From the NCBI GenBank assembly GCA_965217775.1, contig CBDCJH010000002.1:3040001-3104000 (forward strand): a stretch of DNA of 64,000 nt, in the 5' to 3' direction. The stretch comes from Acidobacteriota bacterium (GTDB lineage Bacteria > Acidobacteriota > UBA6911 > RPQK01 > JAJDTT01). The translations under genes and the position numbers were made by a program. Below the pieces are notes generated by a model. It worked only from the letters and a program-made list of their open reading frames with translations, searched no databases and was not told the origin of the DNA. Of this stretch, positions 1-10,553 are shown piece after piece. Positions within the stretch are counted from its first letter, which is position 1. Every line of letters starts with the position of its first letter.

Positions 1-795
1 CGCGTTGTCGAGCAAGGGACTGCTCACTGCAGTGTTGGCCGCCGTCATGGCGCGGCCTTCCCCTTCTCCCACGCCGGTTCCCATCAGAGCCAGTCCGGTG
101 GCGCTCATGATGGTCTTGATATCGGCGAAGTCCAAGTTGATGAACCCGGGCACGTTGATGAGGTCGGCGATTCCCTGAACCGCCTGGCAGAGGATGTCGT
201 CGGCAAAAGCGAAGGCGTCGGCCAGCGGCGTGCCGGGAGCCAGGGCATCCAACAGCCGCTCGTTGGGCACCGTGACCACCGTGTCCGCGTTCTCCTTCAG
301 CTCCTCCAGACCCCGTTGTGCCTGCTGCGTTCTCCGCCGGCCCTCGAAAACGAAGGGGGTCGTCACCACGGCGACGGTGAGAGCTCCCAATTGACGAGCC
401 AAGTCCGCAATCAGGGGAGCTCCGCCGGTTCCGGTGCCGCCGCCGAGCCCTGCGGTCACGAAGACCATGTCCGAGCCCTCCAGCAGATCCATGATTCGCT
501 CGGTATCCTCCAAGGCGGCCTGTCGTCCTATTTCAGGGTTGGAGCCGGCTCCGAGCCCCTTCGTGATCTTGTTGCCGAGTTGGATCCTGACCCCTGCTTT
601 CGACTGCCTGAGTGCCTGAAGGTCCGTGTTGGCGGCGATGAAGTCGACATCTTGGACCCCCATCCGGACCATGCGATTGACGGCGTTTCCGCCCCCACCG
701 CCGACACCGATGACCTTGATACGGGCCTCACTCCCCAAGTCGTCTTCAAAGACCCACTTCAAGCTGCCGTTATCGTCCAATCCCGGATGGTCCAT
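1..795 (-). CDS. ftsZ: Cell division protein FtsZ (3' end runs off the window)
   Basis: Not in the ORF track. Manual translation from ATG at 795 (GGGAGG upstream) gives MDHPGLDD...[20 protein letters not shown]...FIAANTD; GLGGGTGTG tubulin signature near 425-450; follows ftsA. Confidence 0.98.
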   Translation of the reverse strand, partial: MDHPGLDDNGSLKWVFEDDLGSEARIKVIGVGGGGGNAVNRMVRMGVQDVDFIAANTDLQALRQSKAGVRIQLGNKITKGLGAGSNPEIGRQAALEDTERIMDLLEGSDMVFVTAGLGGGTGTGGAPLIADLARQLGALTVAVVTTPFVFEGRRRTQQAQRGLEELKENADTVVTVPNERLLDALAPGTPLADAFAFADDILCQAVQGIADLINVPGFINLDFADIKTIMSATGLALMGTGVGEGEGRAMTAANTAVSSPLLDNA

Positions 796-857
796 GGTTT
801 GCCTCCCAGCCGAATCTTCACACCAACGACCTACAGGCTCGTGGCGACCTTCAACTG

Positions 858-2096
858 CTACGTGATCTTGCGCAAGAACCAATTCATCAGGCCACCCCGC
901 CTGCCTCTGCCGGGTTCCGGCAACATCGTCCCGGCACCATTGCCGGATCCTATGCCTTGCATTTCCAATGCGTATCTAACTAGACCCAGAGCGGTTGCGT
1001 GGGAAGGATCGAAGGCCAGTTCCTTATCCGATTCCATGGGCATGGGGTAGCCCACGCGAGCCGGCATCTCCAGAATCTCCTCAGCCTGTTCCGCCAGCCC
1101 ATCCAACAGCGCTCCCCCGCCGGTGAGCACCACGCCGGTCAGCATTTCCCTGCGCATGTGGATCTCATCCACCAGCTTCCGCACCTCCAGCAGAATCTCC
1201 TGGCAGCGAGCCTGAATTACTCGGCACAGATCCCGGTAGAGGAGAGTCCGGGGGCGACCGGTCCCGATCTCGCGGATCTCAAGCACGGCTTCCGGATCCA
1301 CCCGCTCGGGGAAGACCGTTCCTTGATCCTTCTTGAGCCGTTCCGCCTCTTCCAGAGTCACCTTGAGCCCGATGGCGATGTCCTTGGTAACCAGGTTTCC
1401 GCCGATCGGCAGGACCGCCGACCCCCAGATGCTCCCCAGCCGGTAGAATGCGAAGTCGGTCGTTCCTCCGCCAATATCCAAGAGGATGACGCCGAGTTCC
1501 TTTTCGTCTTCGGTCAGCACGGCCTCGGCGGATGCCAACTGTTGCATCACCACGCCGTTCACACCCACGCCGACCTTGTTGACGGCGTTGACGACGTTCT
1601 GAAGTGCGGCAGCAGCGTTGAGCACCAAGTGCAGATTGACGGAGAGACGGCGGCCGACCAGACCGAGTGGATCCTTGGTGTGTCCCTGGCCATCCACGGT
1701 AAAGCCCTGGGTCAGCATGTGAATGATCTCGTAATCCCGGGGGAGTTGAAACGACTTGGCATCGGCCAGCGCCCGACTGATGTCCTCCTTTTCGATCTCG
1801 CCGGTCTTGCTCCTGATCTCGGTCTTGCCGGACCGGTTGAGGCCCTGGACATGGACGCCGCCCACGCTCACGAAAACCGAATCGACTCCAACCTGAGCGT
1901 CCCGCTCCGCCTGGTCGAGCGATCTCTTCACGCTCTCGATGGTCTCCGTCAGATTGACGACGACGCCCTTCTTGAGTCCGGTCGATGGGCTGACGCCCAC
2001 ACCGGAGACCCGGAAACGCTCTTGCTCCACTCGCGCGATGACGGAACAGATCTTGGTGGTCCCGACATCGACGCCAACCAGCGTTCTCTTCCTCAT
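858..2096 (-). CDS. ftsA: Cell division protein FtsA
   Basis: [20 protein letters not shown] and VVLTGGGA actin-like ATPase motifs; dcw position. Confidence 0.97.
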   Translation of the reverse strand: MRKRTLVGVDVGTTKICSVIARVEQERFRVSGVGVSPSTGLKKGVVVNLTETIESVKRSLDQAERDAQVGVDSVFVSVGGVHVQGLNRSGKTEIRSKTGEIEKEDISRALADAKSFQLPRDYEIIHMLTQGFTVDGQGHTKDPLGLVGRRLSVNLHLVLNAAAALQNVVNAVNKVGVGVNGVVMQQLASAEAVLTEDEKELGVILLDIGGGTTDFAFYRLGSIWGSAVLPIGGNLVTKDIAIGLKVTLEEAERLKKDQGTVFPERVDPEAVLEIREIGTGRPRTLLYRDLCRVIQARCQEILLEVRKLVDEIHMRREMLTGVVLTGGGALLDGLAEQAEEILEMPARVGYPMPMESDKELAFDPSHATALGLVRYALEMQGIGSGNGAGTMLPEPGRGRRGGLMNWFLRKIT

Positions 2097-2159
2097 CGAT
2101 ATGCTTCCGTCCGCACCCTGATGGTGAGTTTCCGGCTCAAGCCGGTTCGGAATCCGTGA

Positions 2160-2972
2160 TCAGGTGCTCCTTTCACGAGACTCGCCCGGAGTATGGAATA
2201 TGATCTTGTTGTCGAAGGAGACGTCGATATATTCGATGCGGCCATACTCCTTCTTCAGTTGCTGGTAAATGTCCTTCTGGGCCAGAAAGTTCTCATACCG
2301 CTCCCGGAAACGGCCGCTTCCCAGGTAGATGGGGACCGGATCGTCCTCCCTGACGATGGCGACCCGATCCGGGTCCGCCAGCAAAACCTCTGATATGGAG
2401 CCGGTATAGTCCCCTTGGGAAGATCTCAGATCGGACATCAATCTGGAATAGATTCCCATCTTCTCGAGATTCTCCCGGGTAGCGGAAGGGTTCTCCCGGG
2501 CGATGTTCCCAAGGCCCTTCAGAATCGGCCCATCCAATTGCACGTGGCTGGATCCGTAGCGATCCAACACGACTCCCTCTTCGTCGACGATGAAGAGATC
2601 CTGGTCGATAGCGGCAACGGCCACCGGAACCCGCTCCCGGACCCGGACGATGAGCTGTCCGGGCAACTGGCGGCGCACGGTCGCGGTCCTCACCCAGGAC
2701 TCGGATTCCACCAGATCCTTGAGCTGTTCCAAGTCGACCCGCAGGATGTTTCCCGAATAGGTTTCGAGCATGAACGACTTCAGTTTCTGCCAGGAAAGAT
2801 GCCGGGTCCCCTCGAAGCGAATATCCCGAATGCCGAAAAGCGTCGCTTCCCGGGAAGAGTAAGCCGCATGTCGAAGCAACATCAGGAGCCCCAGGATCAT
2901 GAGACCCGTCCCCAGCAGACGTCCGCCAAAGACCAGCAAGCTACCCAGCTTTCGAGAGCGTTGGACTGGCAT
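2160..2972 (-). CDS. ftsQ: Cell division protein FtsQ/DivIB
   Basis: N-terminal TM helix; POTRA-like WVRTATVRRQLPGQLIVRVRERVP; C-terminal YIDVSF; lies upstream of ftsA. Confidence 0.9.
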   Translation of the reverse strand: MPVQRSRKLGSLLVFGGRLLGTGLMILGLLMLLRHAAYSSREATLFGIRDIRFEGTRHLSWQKLKSFMLETYSGNILRVDLEQLKDLVESESWVRTATVRRQLPGQLIVRVRERVPVAVAAIDQDLFIVDEEGVVLDRYGSSHVQLDGPILKGLGNIARENPSATRENLEKMGIYSRLMSDLRSSQGDYTGSISEVLLADPDRVAIVREDDPVPIYLGSGRFRERYENFLAQKDIYQQLKKEYGRIEYIDVSFDNKIIFHTPGESRERST

Positions 2973-2992
2973 CTTCTACGCTTCCGGCGCCT

Positions 2993-4363
2993 TCAATCGG
3001 CCCGGCCCTTCAGAAAATCCTCCCCGATCCTCCAGACGTTGCCTGCACCCAGCGTCAGGAGCAGGTCTCCCGGCATCACCTCTTCCCGCAGGGACCGCAA
3101 CATGGCGTCGGGTTGCGGCTGGTAGCAGACCTGGCGGTGCCGGCCCACCGCCCGGAAGAGATCCTCCCCGAGCCCACCGGCGACAGGCGCCTCCCCTGCC
3201 GGATAGACATCCATCAGGTAAAGGAGATCCGCGTCTTGGAAGCACTCGGCCAACTCCGACCTCAAATGCAGGGTTCGCGTGTACCGATGCGGCTGAAACA
3301 CCACGACCAATCTCCGTCTCATCCGGCGGCACGCGTCCAACGTGGTTCGGATCTCAACCGGATGATGACCGTAATCGTCCATCACCCGGACCCCCTCGCG
3401 CATGCCCTTGAACTCCAGACGCCGTTCCGCGCCGGAAAAGGTCCCCAGAGCCCGCCGGATCACTTCAAAGGGCACCTGCAACTCAAGTCCCACAGCGACT
3501 GCGGCCAAAGAATTCAACACGTTATGCCGTCCCGGCACGTTCAGCCGGAGCCTACCCAGCCGGTCGCCCCGGTAGACGCACCCAAAGGAAGAACCTCCGG
3601 ACATCCACTCCACCGCCTCGGCCCTCACCTCGGCGGCAGGTGTCGTGCCGTACGTTATCATGGGCCGGTGAACCTTTTTCAGGAGCCGCCGGAGGTTGAA
3701 ATCGTCGGTACAAACGACCGCACGCCCGGCCGCGGGAAGCTGGTTCATGAAGGCGACGAAGGCGTCGCCGATCTCCTCGAGTCCGCCGTAGTAGTCCAGA
3801 TGATCCCGGTCCACATTGGTCACCACTGCGTACCGGGGACGGAGCTTCAGAAAGCTTCCGTCGCTTTCGTCCGCCTCCGCTACGACCCAGGGCCCCTTGC
3901 CGAGACGCGCGTTGCCGCCCAGGTCCACGGCCCGGGCTCCCACCAGGATCGTAGGGTCCAGGCCGGCTTCGAGGAGGAGCACACCGATCATGGAGGTCGT
4001 GGTCGTCTTTCCATGGGTTCCGGAGATGGCGATCCCCTCACCGCCGGCCACGATCTCGGCCAGCAGATCGGCTCGGTGCACCACCCTGATTCCCCGTCTC
4101 CGAGCCTCTTGAAGTTCGGGATTCTCCCTGGCGACGGCACTGGAAAAGGCCACGATCTCGGCAGCTCCCAGATTGTCCGGGCTGTGTCCGATCGAGACCC
4201 GGACCCCGAGCGAACGGAGACTGGACACGACGGTGCTGCATACCAGATCGGAACCTGAGACCTCCCAACCCCTCTGGGCCAGAATCTGGGCGATTCCGCT
4301 CATCCCGACTCCGCCGATGCCGACGAAGTGGACTCTCCGGAACTGATCAAGACCTCGAGTCAC
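2993..4363 (-). CDS. murC: UDP-N-acetylmuramate--L-alanine ligase
   Basis: HFVGIGGVGMSG, GTHGKTTTT, EADESDGSF, DDYGHHP, FQPHRYTRT. Confidence 0.97.
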   Translation of the reverse strand: MTRGLDQFRRVHFVGIGGVGMSGIAQILAQRGWEVSGSDLVCSTVVSSLRSLGVRVSIGHSPDNLGAAEIVAFSSAVARENPELQEARRRGIRVVHRADLLAEIVAGGEGIAISGTHGKTTTTSMIGVLLLEAGLDPTILVGARAVDLGGNARLGKGPWVVAEADESDGSFLKLRPRYAVVTNVDRDHLDYYGGLEEIGDAFVAFMNQLPAAGRAVVCTDDFNLRRLLKKVHRPMITYGTTPAAEVRAEAVEWMSGGSSFGCVYRGDRLGRLRLNVPGRHNVLNSLAAVAVGLELQVPFEVIRRALGTFSGAERRLEFKGMREGVRVMDDYGHHPVEIRTTLDACRRMRRRLVVVFQPHRYTRTLHLRSELAECFQDADLLYLMDVYPAGEAPVAGGLGEDLFRAVGRHRQVCYQPQPDAMLRSLREEVMPGDLLLTLGAGNVWRIGEDFLKGRAD

Positions 4364-5513
4364 GCCGCTTGCCTCTTACTCCTGAGTTTCTCTGCCGTTG
4401 TCGGGACGGAAGAGGGCACCCACAGGGGGTGCCCCTACGGTGTTCATTAACCAATTCCGTGAGTACCTGGATGATCCGGTCGCAACTCCGGGGATCGCCC
4501 AGAGACCTGCTGGCTTCGGCCAGAGCGCCGAGTTGAAGCCGGTCACGGTCCAAATCCCGAATCATTCGAGCCAGATCCGGACCGGCGCGCTCTCCTTCTT
4601 CCAGAATCAGGGCGGCGCCCCGGCGGACCAAGGCTTGGGCGTTGGTCCTCTGGTGGTCATCGGCCGCATAGGGATAGGGAATCAGGATCGACGCCTTTCC
4701 CGCGGCCGAAACTTCGGCCAGAGTCAAAGCTCCGGCCCGGCAGATCACCAGATCGGCCCAGTGCAACCGGTCCGGCATATCGTGGATGTACTCCAGGACC
4801 GCGCCGAAAAAGCCCAACTTCCGGTAACGCTCCTTTACCCGATCACGGTCGCGGGGCCCCGTCTGATGAATCAGCCGGATGCGTTCGGGCGAGAGCTCTT
4901 CCAGCGCCTCGCAAACCAGGCGGTTGATGGCGACACTGCCCTGACTGCCTCCGAAGATCAGCACCCTGAGGGGCCCCCTCGCGTTCGGGGGCTTCCGGTC
5001 CCGATGAAATTGAGGGCGAACCGGAATTCCGGTCAGCCGGGCCTTCCGGCCAAAGCGTCCGGCCGTCTCTTCGAACGCCACCGCTACTCTGTCCACCCAC
5101 GGAGCCAACAGCCGGTTGGCGAGACCCGGGTGGACGTTGGGCTCGATCACGAGACATGGTATTCGCATCCACGACGCCACCAGGACGACCGGACCGGAGG
5201 AATAGCCGCCCAGCCCCACCACGGCCGCGGGCCGAAATCGGCGGATGATTCCCAGGGCCCGGAGCAGCGCCGCCGGAAGCTGAAGCAGGGTTTGGAACGC
5301 CTTCAGAAAACCGGTGCGTTTGAGTCCTCCCAGGGAAATCCTCTCCACCGCGACACCCAGATCGGGCAGAATTCGATTCTCAAGTCCCCGGCGGGTTCCC
5401 ACAAAGAGAATCTCCGGACTCGATCCCGACTCCCGCAGGCGTTGGATGACCGCCACCGCCATATAGACGTGACCCCCGGTCCCTCCTCCGGCAAAAAGCA
5501 ACCCTCGCTCCAT
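4347..5513 (-). CDS. murG: Undecaprenyl-PP-MurNAc-pentapeptide GlcNAc transferase
   Basis: Start reassigned to ATG 5513 (TGATG overlap with the ftsW stop); AGGGTGGH, GGSQG, CRAGALT, DDHQ motifs. Confidence 0.96.
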   Translation of the reverse strand: MERGLLFAGGGTGGHVYMAVAVIQRLRESGSSPEILFVGTRRGLENRILPDLGVAVERISLGGLKRTGFLKAFQTLLQLPAALLRALGIIRRFRPAAVVGLGGYSSGPVVLVASWMRIPCLVIEPNVHPGLANRLLAPWVDRVAVAFEETAGRFGRKARLTGIPVRPQFHRDRKPPNARGPLRVLIFGGSQGSVAINRLVCEALEELSPERIRLIHQTGPRDRDRVKERYRKLGFFGAVLEYIHDMPDRLHWADLVICRAGALTLAEVSAAGKASILIPYPYAADDHQRTNAQALVRRGAALILEEGERAGPDLARMIRDLDRDRLQLGALAEASRSLGDPRSCDRIIQVLTELVNEHRRGTPCGCPLPSRQRQRNSGVRGKRRDSRS

Positions 5514-6643
5514 CACTGGAAACCCTGGCTCCGGGATACGGCCTCCACCCGGTCGGTTCGGCACCGCCGGGAGATGTTCAGAAGGATGCCGATGCCGGCC
5601 ATCATGACCAACATGGAGGATCCGCCGACCGAGACGAACGGCAGCGGAATTCCCTTGGTCGGCAGCAGGCTGACCACCACGCACATGTTGAAGATGCCTT
5701 GCAGAACCACCATGCACACGATCCCCATGGCCAGCAGGGCGCCGAATCCGGTGTCGGCCCGGTAGGCAATCCGCACTCCTCTCCAGAAAAGCACGACGAA
5801 GAGCGCTACCATGACGAGTGAACCCAACAGTCCAAGCTCTTCTCCCACGACGGCGAAGACGAAGTCGGTGTGGGACTCGGGCAGGAAATGGAGCTTCTGT
5901 CTGCTCTGGGTCAGACCCAGTCCGGTCCATCCTCCCGAACCCACGGCGATCAGGCTCTGGCGAATCTGGTAGCCGATGCCGGAGGGATCCACTTCCGGAT
6001 TCAGGAACGCCAGAATCCGATCCTTACGGTAGGAAGCGCTGAAAATGAGGGCCAGGACGACAGGAATACTCAAGCCGGCGAGACCGATCAGATAGATCAG
6101 GCGAACGCCGGCCAGGAAGAGCAGCGAGCCCACCGTCAGCGCGATGGCGCAGGCCGTCCCCAGATCGGGCTCGACCACGATCAGGGCCAACACCAGCCCG
6201 ATCACCCCCAAGAGGGGCGCCAGTACGGCCAGCGATCGGAGACTTGCACGGTATCTCTGCAGGTAGTACGCCGTGAACAGGACGACGCCCAGCTTGGCCA
6301 GTTCCGAGGGTTGAAACCGTGTGGGTCCGATGGGAATCCAGCGCCGGACCCCCTGACCGGTGGGCAGCACCAGGGGAAGAACCAGGAGAATCAGGGTGAC
6401 GGCCAGTGCCGGATAGATGAATGCGGGAGTCGCATAGCGTCGATAGTCCCAATGTACCGCGATCCAGAAGACCGACAGGCCGATGCCGACGCTCACCAAT
6501 TGCCGTTGGAAAATGCGGGTGGAGACTCCGTACCGGTCCAGCGACACCATTCCCGATGCGCTGAACGCCATCACCAGTCCGAAGCCCACCAGGACCAGAA
6601 GGACCAACAGAATCACGTGGTCGTACGGCGCTCGCCGGGTCAC
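5513..6643 (-). CDS. ftsW: SEDS-family peptidoglycan polymerase FtsW
   Basis: Multi-TM; FQPSELAK, EPDLG, GYQ, LPESHTDF, GEELG, PFVSVGGSS. Confidence 0.95.
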   Translation of the reverse strand: MTRRAPYDHVILLVLLVLVGFGLVMAFSASGMVSLDRYGVSTRIFQRQLVSVGIGLSVFWIAVHWDYRRYATPAFIYPALAVTLILLVLPLVLPTGQGVRRWIPIGPTRFQPSELAKLGVVLFTAYYLQRYRASLRSLAVLAPLLGVIGLVLALIVVEPDLGTACAIALTVGSLLFLAGVRLIYLIGLAGLSIPVVLALIFSASYRKDRILAFLNPEVDPSGIGYQIRQSLIAVGSGGWTGLGLTQSRQKLHFLPESHTDFVFAVVGEELGLLGSLVMVALFVVLFWRGVRIAYRADTGFGALLAMGIVCMVVLQGIFNMCVVVSLLPTKGIPLPFVSVGGSSMLVMMAGIGILLNISRRCRTDRVEAVSRSQGFQ

Positions 6644-7998
6644 TGTCCTTCCCCCCCGGTCAGTTGCGAAACCAGATTTTTGAAGGCTCTACCCCGTTCC
6701 TCGTAGTTCCGGAACATGTCGAAGCTGGCGCAGGCCGGAGCCAACAGCACCGCGTCTCCGGGCAACGCCTCGAGGAACGCCCGGTGGACTGCTTCCTCCA
6801 GTCCTCCGACCTCGCTCACCGGGGCCGTGCCGCGCAGTCCCTCCAAAAGGCTCTCCCTGGCCTCTCCCAAGAGCACCAGATGCCGGACCTTTCTCTTCAC
6901 CAGCGGTCTCAGCACCCGGAAGTCCGATCCCTTGTTGGTCCCCCCCATGATGGCCACCAGGGGCTGCCCCAAGGCTTCCATGGCCTTGGAGGCAGATTCC
7001 ACGTTCGTGGCCTTCGAATCGTTGTAGAAGGAAACTCCTTCCAGGTCCCGAATCCATTCCAGGCGGTGCTCCACGCCGGCGAAGCTGCGGCAGGCGCGAG
7101 CGATCGCTTCGGGTTCGACGCCCACCAGAAAGCCGGCGGCCGCGGCAGCCAGCACGTTTTCCAGATTGTGCTCCCCTTGGAGCCGGATCTGGCTCCTGTC
7201 CATCACCTGGTGCAACTCATCGTCCATTTGGACCCAGATCTTTTCGTGCCGGCAAAAAACGCCCGCGCAGCGGTCCAACCGGCTGAAGAAGAGGGAACGG
7301 GCCTCCGCGCCGTCGGCCATGCGCCTGGAATTGGGTTCGTCCCGGTTGAACACGGCGAAATCCGAACCCTTCTGGTTGAGCAGAATGCGGCGCTTGGCCT
7401 GCCAGTAGTCTTCGAAGCTCGGGTGACGGTCCAGATGATCGGGCGTGACGTTGAGGACGACAGCCACCCGGCAGCGGAGTGTCCGCGTCGTCTCCAGTTG
7501 AAAGGAGGAGAGCTCCACGACCCAGACCGTTTCCTCAGTGGCGTCCGCCACCTTCTCCAGGAGGGGAACTCCGATGTTGCCCGCCACCAGATGCGGGCGC
7601 CGGCTCGCGGCCAGCATCTCACCGATCAGCGTGGTCGTCGTGGTCTTGCCGTTGGTTCCCGTGACCCCGATCAGCGTTCCCTTCAGGAACCGGCAAGCCA
7701 GCTCGATCTCGCTCCATACCGGGATTCCCCGCTCCCGGGCCCGCACCAGGGGAGGAATCCCCGACGGCACCCCGGGGCTCAATACGATCATGTCGGCCCG
7801 CGTGAAATCCGCTTCCCGGTGGCGTCCCAGCAGCAGCCGAACCTGGCCCCGGAGCCTGGCGATCCGGTCATTCAACTCATCCTTCGTGCGCAGATCGGTG
7901 ACGCTGACACGAGCCCCCTTCCCGATCAGGAAGTTGGCTGCCGAAAGACCGGTTCGGGCCAGTCCTACGACCAGGATGTCTCGACCGGACAACTTCAT
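6640..7998 (-). CDS. murD: UDP-MurNAc-L-alanine--D-glutamate ligase
   Basis: GLARTG, GTNGKTTT, ELSSFQL, DHLDRH, NDSKATN, APACASFD. Confidence 0.97.
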   Translation of the reverse strand: MKLSGRDILVVGLARTGLSAANFLIGKGARVSVTDLRTKDELNDRIARLRGQVRLLLGRHREADFTRADMIVLSPGVPSGIPPLVRARERGIPVWSEIELACRFLKGTLIGVTGTNGKTTTTTLIGEMLAASRRPHLVAGNIGVPLLEKVADATEETVWVVELSSFQLETTRTLRCRVAVVLNVTPDHLDRHPSFEDYWQAKRRILLNQKGSDFAVFNRDEPNSRRMADGAEARSLFFSRLDRCAGVFCRHEKIWVQMDDELHQVMDRSQIRLQGEHNLENVLAAAAAGFLVGVEPEAIARACRSFAGVEHRLEWIRDLEGVSFYNDSKATNVESASKAMEALGQPLVAIMGGTNKGSDFRVLRPLVKRKVRHLVLLGEARESLLEGLRGTAPVSEVGGLEEAVHRAFLEALPGDAVLLAPACASFDMFRNYEERGRAFKNLVSQLTGGEGQ

Positions 7999-8019
7999 TG
8001 CCGAACCCTCGCCATGCCG

Positions 8020-9132
8020 TTACCTGAGCTTCAGCGTGGTCAGGCTGAAAAGTGCGAACAGCAGGCCCAGAACCCAGAAACGCACCACGACTTTGGGCTC
8101 GTCCCAGCCCAGAAGCTCGAAATGGTGATGCAGGGGAGCCATTCGCAGAATGCGCTTCCCGGTGGCCTTGAAGTACAAGACCTGGAAGATGACCGACAGT
8201 GCCTCCAGGACGAAGATGCCTCCGATGGACAACAACAGGAGTTCCTGCTTGATGAGCACCGCCACGGTGGCGATGGCGCCACCCAGGGACATGGACCCCA
8301 CGTCTCCCATGAAGATCTCCGCGGGGTGCGTGTTGTACCAGAGAAACCCCAGGCTCGCCCCTACCATGGCGCCGCAAAAGATGCTCAGCTCGCTGGCATA
8401 AGTGTTCTTGATCAGTCCCAGATAGGTGGCAAAGGTGGCGTGGCTGGTCACATAGGCCAGAACCGTCAATGCCGAAGCCGCAATCACCATCAGGCCGCTG
8501 GCCAACCCATCCAAACCATCGGTCAGGTTCACGGCATTGCTGCTTCCCACGATGACCAGAGCCGTGAACGCAATCAGGGGAATGAAGGTGGAAACACCCA
8601 ACACCACCCAATCCAGTTCCGGCGTGAAACGCTTGAAGAACGGGACACTCAGTTGAATGCTGTAGAGGCCCTGCTGGTGCAGCGCCACCAGAGTGAGTCC
8701 GATGCCCAGGGCGATCAGCACCTGGAACAGGAGTTTGCTCCGCGGCCGCAGGCCGGCGGAGTTCTTCCTGGAGACCTTGAGGTAGTCGTCGGCCAGACCC
8801 ACGCCGCCGAACAGGACCAGAGAGGCGACCGCGATCCAGACGTAGAGGTTTCCCAGATCGGCCCACAACAGGGTGGGGAGTGCGATGCTGACGACGATGA
8901 GCACCCCTCCCATGGTGGGGGTGCCGGCCTTCTGCAGGTGCCTTTCGGGACCGTCTTCCCGGATGAACTGGCCGATCTGATAGTCCCGGAGCTTGGCGAT
9001 GAGCCAGGGACCCAGGATCAGACTCAAGGCCAGCGCCGTCAGGGTGGCGTAGGCGGTGCGAAACGTAATGTAGCGGAGTACGTTCAGGACCGAGAACTGG
9101 TCGTGAAAGGCGTACAGCAGATGATAGATCAA
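8020..9132 (-). CDS. mraY: Phospho-MurNAc-pentapeptide transferase
   Basis: KAGTPTMGG, NAVNLTDGLDGLA, FMGDVGS, MAPLHHHFE. Confidence 0.98.
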   Translation of the reverse strand: MIYHLLYAFHDQFSVLNVLRYITFRTAYATLTALALSLILGPWLIAKLRDYQIGQFIREDGPERHLQKAGTPTMGGVLIVVSIALPTLLWADLGNLYVWIAVASLVLFGGVGLADDYLKVSRKNSAGLRPRSKLLFQVLIALGIGLTLVALHQQGLYSIQLSVPFFKRFTPELDWVVLGVSTFIPLIAFTALVIVGSSNAVNLTDGLDGLASGLMVIAASALTVLAYVTSHATFATYLGLIKNTYASELSIFCGAMVGASLGFLWYNTHPAEIFMGDVGSMSLGGAIATVAVLIKQELLLLSIGGIFVLEALSVIFQVLYFKATGKRILRMAPLHHHFELLGWDEPKVVVRFWVLGLLFALFSLTTLKLR

Positions 9133-10553
9133 GTCCCCTTCCCCTTTTCCAAGTGTGCAGCGATCCGGTCCATTCCGACCCCGCGAGACCCTTTGATCAA
9201 GAGGAAGTCACCGCTGCAGATGAAGCCGGACAAGTATTCCGCCGCTTCCTCCGAAGTCCCGAAGTAGAGGGTCCTGGCGTCTGCCAGACCCGCCTCGCGA
9301 GCCCCCTCCAGAACCGGCCGGGCTCCCGCACCCACTGCCGCCAGCAGATGAGGCTCGGTCCGGGCCGCCATCCTTCCGACTCGACGATGCCAGACCGCGC
9401 TCTCGGGACCCAACTCCAGCATCTCTCCCAGAGCGAGGATCCGGCGGCCGCCGGCGGCCGACTGGCCCACGGTCTCCAACACCATCCGTACGGCTTGCGG
9501 GTTCGAGTTGTAGGAGTCGTCCAAGATTCTGATCCGCCGGGAATCGGACATCTCCAACCCCCGGATCTTCCCTCGCATGGGCAATGTGGACAGGCTGGGA
9601 ATCGCCCCTTCGATCTGCTCCCGGCTCAAGCCCAGAGTCCGGGCCGCAGCCACGGCCGCCGCCAGGTTGTAGAGATGGTGGCGTCCCACGAAGGCAACTT
9701 GGCAGTTCGATTCGCCCCCTTCGGTCCGCAGCCTGAACCGGGTGCTGTTCGAGTCCACCGCTCGAACCTCCGTGACCCGTACGTCCGCTTCCTGCTCCAG
9801 TGAGAAGGAGACCCTGCGCCCGCGGAAGCTGGAAGCGAGACCCGCCACCCGATGATCGTCGGCGTTGTAGACGAAGGTCCCCGCCGGCGGCATGTCCTCC
9901 AGGATTTCTCCCTTGGCTCGCGCAATCTCATCGACACTGGAGAAGTATTCGAGATGCACCGGCGCCACGTTGGTGATGACGGCGAGATCGGGACGGCAGA
10001 TCTGAGCCAGCCGCCGGATCTCGCCGGCGTGGTTCATGCCCAGTTCCAGTACCGCCAGATCATGCCGCTCCTCCAGCCGCAGCAGGGAAAGCGGCACTCC
10101 GAAGGCGTTGTTGAAGTTTGCCGGGGACTGAAGAACCTGGTAGCCGGATTCGAGCAGCCGGGCGGTGAAGGTGCGGGTCGTCGTCTTGCCCATGCTCCCG
10201 GTCACGCCGACCAGTGACCGGCCCCACTGCTTGCGGAGTTCGGCAGCCAGTTCCTGAAGCGCCAGGGTGGTGTCGGCGACGCGGAGGAAGATCCGGTCTC
10301 CATAGGCGCCGGCATCCAAGTCCGGGGTGCGGGAACAGACCGCCACCGCGGCCCCACGCTCCATCGCGGCCTCCAGGAAATCGTGCCCGTCCAGGCGATC
10401 TCCCTTGATGGCAAAGAAACAATCGCCCGGCTTCACCTGCCGGCTGTCGATGACGACCCGGGGCAGAAGCCGATTCGCTTGCCGACCGGGTTCCCGGCCC
10501 CAGCTTCGGGCCCCCATGACCTCTGCTGCTTTCCGGAAGTCTAGTCCGAACAC
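9129..10553 (-). CDS. murF: UDP-MurNAc-tripeptide--D-Ala-D-Ala ligase
   Basis: DSR, GSMGKTTT, ELGMNHAGEI, DDSYNSNP, GEMLELG, KGSRG. Confidence 0.96.
   Translation of the reverse strand: MFGLDFRKAAEVMGARSWGREPGRQANRLLPRVVIDSRQVKPGDCFFAIKGDRLDGHDFLEAAMERGAAVAVCSRTPDLDAGAYGDRIFLRVADTTLALQELAAELRKQWGRSLVGVTGSMGKTTTRTFTARLLESGYQVLQSPANFNNAFGVPLSLLRLEERHDLAVLELGMNHAGEIRRLAQICRPDLAVITNVAPVHLEYFSSVDEIARAKGEILEDMPPAGTFVYNADDHRVAGLASSFRGRRVSFSLEQEADVRVTEVRAVDSNSTRFRLRTEGGESNCQVAFVGRHHLYNLAAAVAAARTLGLSREQIEGAIPSLSTLPMRGKIRGLEMSDSRRIRILDDSYNSNPQAVRMVLETVGQSAAGGRRILALGEMLELGPESAVWHRRVGRMAARTEPHLLAAVGAGARPVLEGAREAGLADARTLYFGTSEEAAEYLSGFICSGDFLLIKGSRGVGMDRIAAHLEKGKGT

Noticed and set aside
6664-9267. 867-aa plus-strand ORF and similar long antisense ORFs (e.g. 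54593..56935, 43998..45584, 10622..12163)
   Set aside because: Shadow frames opposite well-supported genes in high-GC DNA; no recognisable motifs
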